Of a stretch of DNA of 64,000 bases, positions 27,543 through 36,500 are shown piece after piece. The first letter of the stretch is position 1. The number at the start of each line of letters is the position of its first letter. Location of the stretch: positions 1-64,000 of the IMG/VR virus record IMGVR_UViG_3300028888_000063, one strand, 5' to 3'. The notes under the pieces are model-generated. The model was given only the letters and a program-made list of their open reading frames with translations. It was not told where the DNA came from and searched no databases. Source of the stretch: a virus (lineage: Duplodnaviria; Caudoviricetes). The position numbers and the translations under genes were made by a program.

Positions 27543-30500
27543 ATGCCTGGAAATCAGATAACATTTGGTATAGGTTTTAATGTCAACGAATCTAATTTAA
27601 ATAGTTTAAAACAATCTTTGAAGGAAATTCAACAATTAACTTCTAAAGATTTAGTAAACATAGGTAAAGCGAATAGTATTCAAGAAGCAAATACTCAACT
27701 TCAGCAAATTAAGAAGAGTGCTTCAGAAGTACAATCTGCTTTAACAAGGGCTTTTAATACTGATTTAGGGACAGTTAATGTTGCTAGATTTAATCAAGAG
27801 TTAAAAGCAATGAATATTGGTAAAATTGCTGCTGATTTTAATAATGCAGGTGCCGCAGGGCAATCTGCATTTTTAGCAATTACCAGTCAGGCAATGTCAA
27901 CCAATACGCAATTAAAACAAAGTTATAGTTGGTTAAGTCAAATTGGTACAACTTTAGCCAACACTGTTAAATGGAATATTGCATCAACTGCGGTTAATGC
28001 TTTTTCTAATTCTATTAGTAGTGCATTTAATTATGTTAAAGTTTTAGACGCTTCTTTGACAGATATTCGTATTGTTACAGGTCAATCACGAGAAGAAATG
28101 GCTCAATTTGCTGTTGAAGCTAATAGAGCTGCTCAATCTCTTGGTAGACAAACTAAAGAATATACAAATGCAGCATTAGCTTTTTATCAGCAAGGTTTAA
28201 GCGATCAAGAGGTTAGGGTTAGAACTGAAGCTAGCTTAAAAGCACAAAATATAACTGGCGCGGGGACTGAAATCGTTGATCAGTTAACTGCTGTTTGGAA
28301 TGGTTTCAAAGCTACTATTGATCAAACCGAAAGTTATGTTGATAAATTGGCAGCAGTTGCTGATAGTAGTGCATCGAATTTAAGTGAATTGGCAACAGGT
28401 ATGTCAAAAGTTGCGTCCGTTGCTAATAACGTTGGAGTAGATATAGACTCTTTAACGGCACAATTAGCTACAATTATTGCAACAACACGTCAAGCGCCAG
28501 AAACAGTTGGTAATGCTTTAAAAACTATTTATGCTCGTATTAATGATATTAAAACAGGATCTGATGAAGCTGAAATTTCTCTGGGTAACTATACTGGGAA
28601 AATGGCTGAATTAGGTTTTAGTGTTTTAGATGCAGATGGTAGATTAAAAGATACTGGAGACACAATTACTGAAATTGGTGAACGCTGGGCGAGTTTATCA
28701 AAGGAACAACAGATTTATTTAGCGCAGACCATGGCTGGTCAGCGCCAGATGAATAATTTAATTTCTTTGTTTGATAACTGGGAGAAATATAGTGAAATGC
28801 TTAATGTTTCTCTTGGCGCGCAAGGAACATTAAATGAGAAAAATGCTCGATATATGGACAGTTTAGCGGCTCATATCAATACTTTTAGAACTGCTGTTGA
28901 AGGTATGCAGGATGCATTAATCAATGAAGATACAATCATGGGTATGTATGATGCAGGTACTAAATTGGTTAATGTTGTACAAAATATTATTACTGGTATG
29001 GGCGGTATGCGTGGGATGCTCTTAGGTTTAGGAGCACTTGGCGCAACTGTATTTAAAGATCAAATAGCTAATTCCATTACTACTGCTATAAATAATGTGA
29101 ATGTTTATAGACAAAATTTAGAGGAGACTAAAAATTTACAAGAAACATTACAATTATTTGATGTTAGTGTATCACAATATCAAGCAGGTGAGTTAGCTCC
29201 TAATTTTGAAGCGGCCATTCAAGGAGTCCGCCAATTAAGAGAAGAATTTGCTTCATACGGCGATGTTGCTTCTCAAGCACAGAAGGAAGCTTTAAATGGA
29301 TTATTGCAATCTAAAGCAGAAATTTCTAGTGAAGTTCTTGCTTTTGATGAATTAACTACTAGCGCTACAGAATTTGGCAATGCTATTGCTAGATTAAGAA
29401 CATCTCGTGGAGATGCTCAGGGATTTTTTGATAAAGACAGTATTTTTTCAAGTGATATAACGTCAGGAAATATAACACTTTTAAAAGGCGCCACTGAAGA
29501 AATTCAACGTTTGATTGAAAATACTCGGTATGGTAAAGAAGAGGTTGTTGAATTATTAGAATCTCTTAGTAATACTCAGACGGCAATAACAGCGCAAGAA
29601 AATATTAGAAGAGAAATTCAACAACAAGCGGTACAAGTTGCTGAATTAGAAGAAGCTTATAGGAAAGCACAAGAAGCACAGGCGGCGGCAACTGATCGAG
29701 CGAAAATTGCAGGGCGTGGAACTACTCCTGGAGGTAAGACCTATCCAAAGTATTTAGAGGAAGCTACTCAAGAAGCAGAAAAAGCAAAGCAAGCGTATGA
29801 AAGTGCTCAAGCAGCCTTAGAAGCTTTGAAAGCATCTTATGCCGACTCTCAAGATACTATAGAGGCTTTTGCCTTAGCAGTAGAGCAAGATGGCATTAGT
29901 GTTAACTTATTTGGTGCTAACACTGAAAAAGTGGCTCAAGCTTTACAGACACTGCGAGATCCTACAAAAGATAACACTAATGCTTTTAGAGTATTAAAGC
30001 AGGTATTTGAAGAAACCGGAGATGGAGCTTCTGCTTTATTAGCTAAATTAGAAAATTTAGAAAATCATGTAAATGAGCATACTTCAAAAGTCGATACATT
30101 TACTAATTCGTGGGAGCGTCTTAAGACTACAATGGCAGACGCTCAAATTGCTAAAAGTGTATCTGAATTATTGCGGGGAGTTACTTCTACTGCAATGGGT
30201 ATTAATTCTCTTAATTCTGCTTTAAAAACGTATAAGAGTATGCAAGAAGGTACGACTTCTGCAATGGATGGTTGGTTAAGTATTATTACATCGGTTAGTT
30301 TTGGTCTACCAATGGTTATTTCTGGCGTTGGTAAATTAGGCGACAGTTTTAAAGTTTTAACCGGATGGGTAATGGGTAATTTGCCAGCTATTGGAGCTTT
30401 CGTTGCAGAGTTTGGTCCAATGATTTTAGCTGTAGGAGCAGCAGTAGCGGCAGTAACTCTCTTTTATCAAGCTGTAACGTCTCAAGAAAGAGCATTAAAA

Positions 30501-33500
30501 AACGCACAAACTCAAGTAGATAAAAGTAGCAAAGCCTATGCAGAAGCTAAGAAGGCATATGAGGATTTAAAGCAAAGTATTACTGATTATCAAGATGCGC
30601 GTGCGGCTATTGAAGATATGACTACTGGCACTGAGGCATGGCGAGACGCAATTACTGAAGCAAATGAGCAAGTTTTACAATTATTAACTAATTACCCAGA
30701 ATTAGCAAAGTATGTTAAACAAACTAGTGAAGGTTTAGTAATTAGTCAAGAAGGAATGGATTATTTACATAGCACTTCGCAACAGCAAGTTCGAGATGCT
30801 CAAACGACTAGTATTGCTGCACAAATGCGGTTAGATGTTTTAAATGTTAAAGATCAAGCAGAGTTGCGCGATGCGTTAGAGGCTAATTTTATTCAGCCTT
30901 TACAAGATCTAATTGGTCGAGATATTGGACCTGAGTATAGAAATGCTTTAATTAATTTATTCCAAGAGTTTTCTAAAGAACAAAAAGATGCTGTACAAAG
31001 TTATATTAACAGTAATGATGTTAATGGTTTAGCAAATTATTTAGAAAGTTTATATAACGCGGATTCAGAAAATGGAGTTTTTGCGGCGTCTAAAATATTA
31101 ACAATGGATTTTGAGTTAACTGCTCAAGATATTTTAGCGGCTGGGGAAGCGTTAAATGAATTTGATAATAATTTAAGAAATACTACAGATAATTATACAT
31201 CTATTTTACGAACCCGTGGACAAGAAATAGCTAGAATTTGGGTTGATAGTTTTAGTGAAGCAACCACTAAATCTATTAGTGATCGCTCTGTTTATCAAGC
31301 GGCTTTAGGTAATAAAATTGCTGCTACAGGTGGTGATATAGATAAGCTTCAAGAGGTTTATCAAGGAGTTATACCTTTAATAGAACAAATAAATCAAATA
31401 ATCGAAGTATTTGGAGATACTAAATTAGCACAAGGTGTTAGTAATTTATTTGGTGGTCAAGCAAATATTGATGATTTCTTAGATTTCTCTGTTTCTGAAT
31501 TTGATCAAATTATAAGCGGTCTTTCTGTGCAAGGAGAAGAGTTTATTCAATCACTTGGTTTTGAAACCAAGGAAATTATGGATGAAGCTTTATCTGAAGT
31601 ACGTGAATTAATTACCATAAATCAAGATAGAATTGTTGGGCTCCTTCCTGAAGCAATTCAACAAATCTTTAAAAATAATTTAAATTTAGAAGATTTAAGC
31701 TTAGATCAAACCCAAAATATTGGTAACGTTTTACAATATTATTGGAAAAATTTAGGTTTAGATGCTCTTGATGATGTAATTGCTGATTTAAATAGTGCTG
31801 ATAGTTCTCAATGGATTGAAACTTTATCTGGGATTGGGCAGTTTTTTAAAGATGGTGAAGTTACTGATTTAACTGCCTTAACAAAATATTTGCAAGAGAC
31901 TACTGATAATGCGGCCGCTCAATTAGAAAAGTTAGGATTGGGTGCAAATGATTTAACTCCTTCTTTAATGAGTTTAGCAGGAAGTTTTACAGAAGCAAAG
32001 AAAGTTGCTGATAAGCTTAATTTTACAGATATTATTGACGATGAAGATGATATATCTGCTTTAATGGGTGTTTTAGGCGATCAATTTGATGATTTCTTTG
32101 CTACAACTGCGGGCGGTGCTAAACAACTGGTTAAGTCTGGAGAAGAATTACGTCAAAAAATTGATGAAATTCAACTCGAAAAATTATCTAATGGGATCGA
32201 GCAGATTAAACAAGAGCAAGAACAGTTAGATCAAATTTTGAAGATAGGGTCACATCCAACTTCTATTCAAGATCAAGCTAGATTATTGACTGCATTACGC
32301 GAGCGCGGATTGGCGCAAGGAGCTGCTGCAGAACAAGGTAATATAAATACTTGGTTAGATACTTTCTCTCGTACTAAAATGAAGGCCGCGGTTGAAGAAA
32401 ATCAAGCTGGTTTTGAAGCCCTCAAAGGAGAGTATGAGGCTTTAACTAAAGATGCTCAAGATTTAGAACAAGCTATTAAATTACTTCAGTTAGCTTTAGA
32501 TGAAGATGTTGATGCTAGTAAATGGGAGGCTTTAACTACCTATTTACGTGATATGAAAGAGCAGTTTGAAGATGATCAAATGAATGCCGCCTTAGCATCA
32601 GAAGCTATTTTAAGATTCGCAGCCGCCGCAGAACAAGTTGGTGAGAATTATGCTGATTGGGAAAAAGCATTAACAGATTCTAGTTCTACTCTTGATAAAG
32701 TAGAAGCAGTTGAAGAATTACGCAATGTTTATATGGATTTATTAAATATAGATGATGCGAATGCTTTAGATTGGGGTTTCTTAGCTAGTCCTACAAATTT
32801 AGAATTACTTCAAAGTGCTATTGAAGGCGATGAAGATGCGTTTAATCAATTAGCAGCTTCTGCGGGTGAAGCTTATGAACCAATTGAGAATTTATATCAA
32901 TTATTACTTGAAATTCTTGGTTTGGGTAGTGGTAGTTCTAATGTCGATAAAATATTTGAATCTTATAGGAATGTTGCATCTATTAGTAATGGGTTAAGCT
33001 ATGGCAAATCAATTTCAGATCAACAATATAATGATTTAATTAAATTTAATAAAGATTTTGAGGAATTCTTTACTATTGGTTCTGATGGATTGCATATGTT
33101 CATTGGAGATGCTGAAGATTTAGCTAAAGCATTAAATCAAGTCCATTTAGATAATTTACAGCAAGCTATAGAGCAATTAGACCAAGCGCAAGAGAATTTA
33201 CGTTTAACTTCAAGATATCTTAAAAGTCATCCTGATGCAGAAAGCTTTGTTCAGGGAAAGGGTAATATAGATTGGAGTAATAAGTCTACTCGTGAGCGTG
33301 AATATATTGCCCAAGGCCAAGCAAATATATTAAAAGATCTTGTTAATAGGGGAGTACAATTAAATGGATTTGATAAAGAAGCCCAAGAACGTCTTACCTA
33401 TTGGCGGGAACATAGAAAAGGATTTTCTGTTGAGCAGGATGCAGAGATGTTTGAATGGATTAATCAAATTATTCAAGAGAATATCGATTTATTTGAAGCA

Positions 33501-36500
33501 GATGAAGATGCCGTAACGCGAGCAGAAGAAGCATATGATAAATTAACTTCCGCAATGAAAAGTATGCAGCAAGCGCAGTTAGATTCTGATATTGATCAGC
33601 AGCGGATGCAAGCAGTAAGTAAGTATTTACAAGAAACTTTGCAAATTCCTGGAGCACAGGCAGACAAAGATGCAGCTGCAATGTTACGTTTTGCAGATGC
33701 TATTGATACTATAAAAGATAAAACAGATGATTGGAATGAATCTTCTAAGAAAGGTTTAGATACTCAATTACAAACTGTTGATGAAATTACTGAAACTTTA
33801 GCAGATTTATATAACGTAGATGAAGATGTTATTAATTTACAAGGTTTAAATCAAGAAAATATTATAGAATTAATGCAAGAAGCAGCAAAAGGTAATAAAG
33901 ATGCTTATGAAATATTAATGCAAGCATTAGGATTAGAAGCTACGCATACGTGGGAGGAAATTTCTCAAGCGACAGATTTCTTAATTAATGCAGCGAACCG
34001 TTTAGAAGCAGCATTCGTTAGTTATGCCTCTGCTCAAAGCGTAGTTGGAAATCTTCAAGAAGGTAGTTCGATTTCTGCTCCGCAATATAAATCTTTAGAA
34101 GATTTTGGTATAAATGGAGAAGATTATTTTACTAAAGCGGCAGATGGAAGTTATAAAATAATTGATGAAAAAATTTCAGAATTACAAAAATTAGTTGATA
34201 GTATCCAATTACAAACTTTAAATACTGAACTTGAACGACTTGCTGAAGCGGGGGCGGAGGCCGCTGCAGGGTTGGCGCCACTAGAAGATATAATTCGTAA
34301 GATTCAATCTGGAGAGAGTTTGTCAGTTGATGATCAACGGTTAGCATTATCTGAAATGCAAGCTAGTGGAAGCACATTGAATGATGCTTCTGGGAATGCA
34401 ATTTTAAATTCTGAAGATTTAGATTTGTCAGCTTTAAGTGATGAAGACATTCATCAGATGTTTGGTCAGAATTTAGATAATTTAATTAATTATATTAATG
34501 ATTTATCTACTTCTGCAAAAAAAGCTAAAGAAGATACTGAGGAATTAGATGAAGCTATCAGCGCTCTTCAAGAAAAAATGGATCGAGATGCCTTAGATGC
34601 TGATGTAGACGCTGATACTTGGGATAATTTAGCAGATCATTTACAGTCAGTAGCAGGCGTTTCTGATGAATTAGATGATAGTCTTGAATCTAATAGACGC
34701 GCCGCCCAAAATATTGCAGAAGCGATTTTACGTTTTGATGATGCTATTGTTGATGTCACTAAAAACTATGATAAATGGGTTGATGTTTTAAAATATGGCT
34801 CGGATCAAGAGTATGCGGAAATAGCTACTGAATTAAAGGATGCTTACGCGGATTTATTAGATCTTGATTGGGACGACTTTTCTGATAGTTTCCTATCTTC
34901 TACAGAAAATTTAAAACGGTTAAATGATGTTGCCACAGGAGCCGAAAATGCTAAAGAAGCATATGAAGAGTTAATGGCAGCTGCACATGAAGAAGTTTTA
35001 ATGTCTGTTGGCATTGATGTAGCTGATTGGGATGCTCAGGTCTATGATTTATTAAATCAATATTACAATTTACAATCTTTAGACGATATCCAAGTTGGTG
35101 CTGAGTTAAATGATGAAGGCTTTTTAGCTGCTTTAACGGAAATGGTTAATGCGGCTGGTATGTCTGCAGAGCAGGCTCAAGCAGCTTTAGCTACTATGGG
35201 TATTGATGCTGATGTAGAATATGTTCCAGAAACAAAGCAAGTCACACAGACTTATACTGATTTTATTGTTACTCCTCAACCAGTGCCTATTACTTATGTT
35301 GATCCTGCAACCGGTGTTCCAACTCAAGGTGAGACTAGTAGTTTAATTACAGAAGCAGTGCCTAAAACTACCACAGAAGAACGTTCAACAGGGGCATTTA
35401 CTTTACAAGTAACTTCTGCAAATAAATCTTCTGGTGGAGATTATAAATTTAATGAATCTGCTCATGGTGGTGGATCTGCTAATCCTGGTCGTAGTAAAGG
35501 CGGCGGCGGTGGAGGCGGCGGTAGCCAAAAGCCTAAGAAGCCAATGAAGCCTTTTAAAGCTAAGATTGATCCTTACCACGATGTTAATATTAAGATTGGT
35601 GACGTTGAAGAAGGTCTTGAACGTTTAGAGAAACAACGTGATAAATTAATTGGCAAAGATGCAGTTAAAAATTTAACTGAGCAAATTAATTTAATGGAAC
35701 GTCAAAAAGAACTTCTGCAAGAAAAAGCTGATATAGCCAAAGAAGAAGCAAGCAGGTTGCAAGGTGAGCTTGGAGCATTAGGTGCTATCTTTGAAAAGAA
35801 TGGCGATATTGCAAATTATAAGCAGCTTTTACTTGATAAACAAAACCAAATTAACAATGCAATTTCAGTGGCTAATGGCCTTGAAGGTGACTATAGAGAT
35901 GCTTATGAAGATTATATTAGTGATCTTAAAGATGAATATAGTGAACTTGAAGATAAGATTAGTGAGTATGATGAAACAATTCAGTTGCTTGATGATCTAG
36001 ATCTTGAATATAGAGATATTATTAATAAGCAAATTGAACTTGCAATAGAAGCATTTAATGTTGAAATTGAAGTTAAATTAAATGTTAAAGATGCTATTAA
36101 AGATTTTAATGACTTTAGGAAACGTATTATTGATGGTGTAAAAGAAGATGATTATGCGGGTCAAGCGGCCGCCGCAATGAATAACTATGGTACTTATTAT
36201 TACCAAGATGATCAAGGTAATACTCGTGGACTTATTGGTGATTTGTATGAACACACTAGACAAATTGTTCAAGAGTCAAGTATCATTATGAATGGTGGTT
36301 TCTCTAACATCTATGGTGATAATTTAGCAGCCGCCGCAGATGATTTAAAGAAATATAATGATGAACTTATGGAAGCTCTTGAAGATGTTCAAGATATTGT
36401 TGATGAAGTTCATGATAATCTTCTTGAAGCTATTGATGCTATGCAAGATGCTTTTGATACTCAGCAAGAAGCTTTTGATAAATTAGATAATTTACTTACC

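Noticed and set aside
26867-27543. G/GT-type chaperone frameshift before the tape measure
   Set aside because: No substantial alternative open frame between the chaperone end and the TMP start
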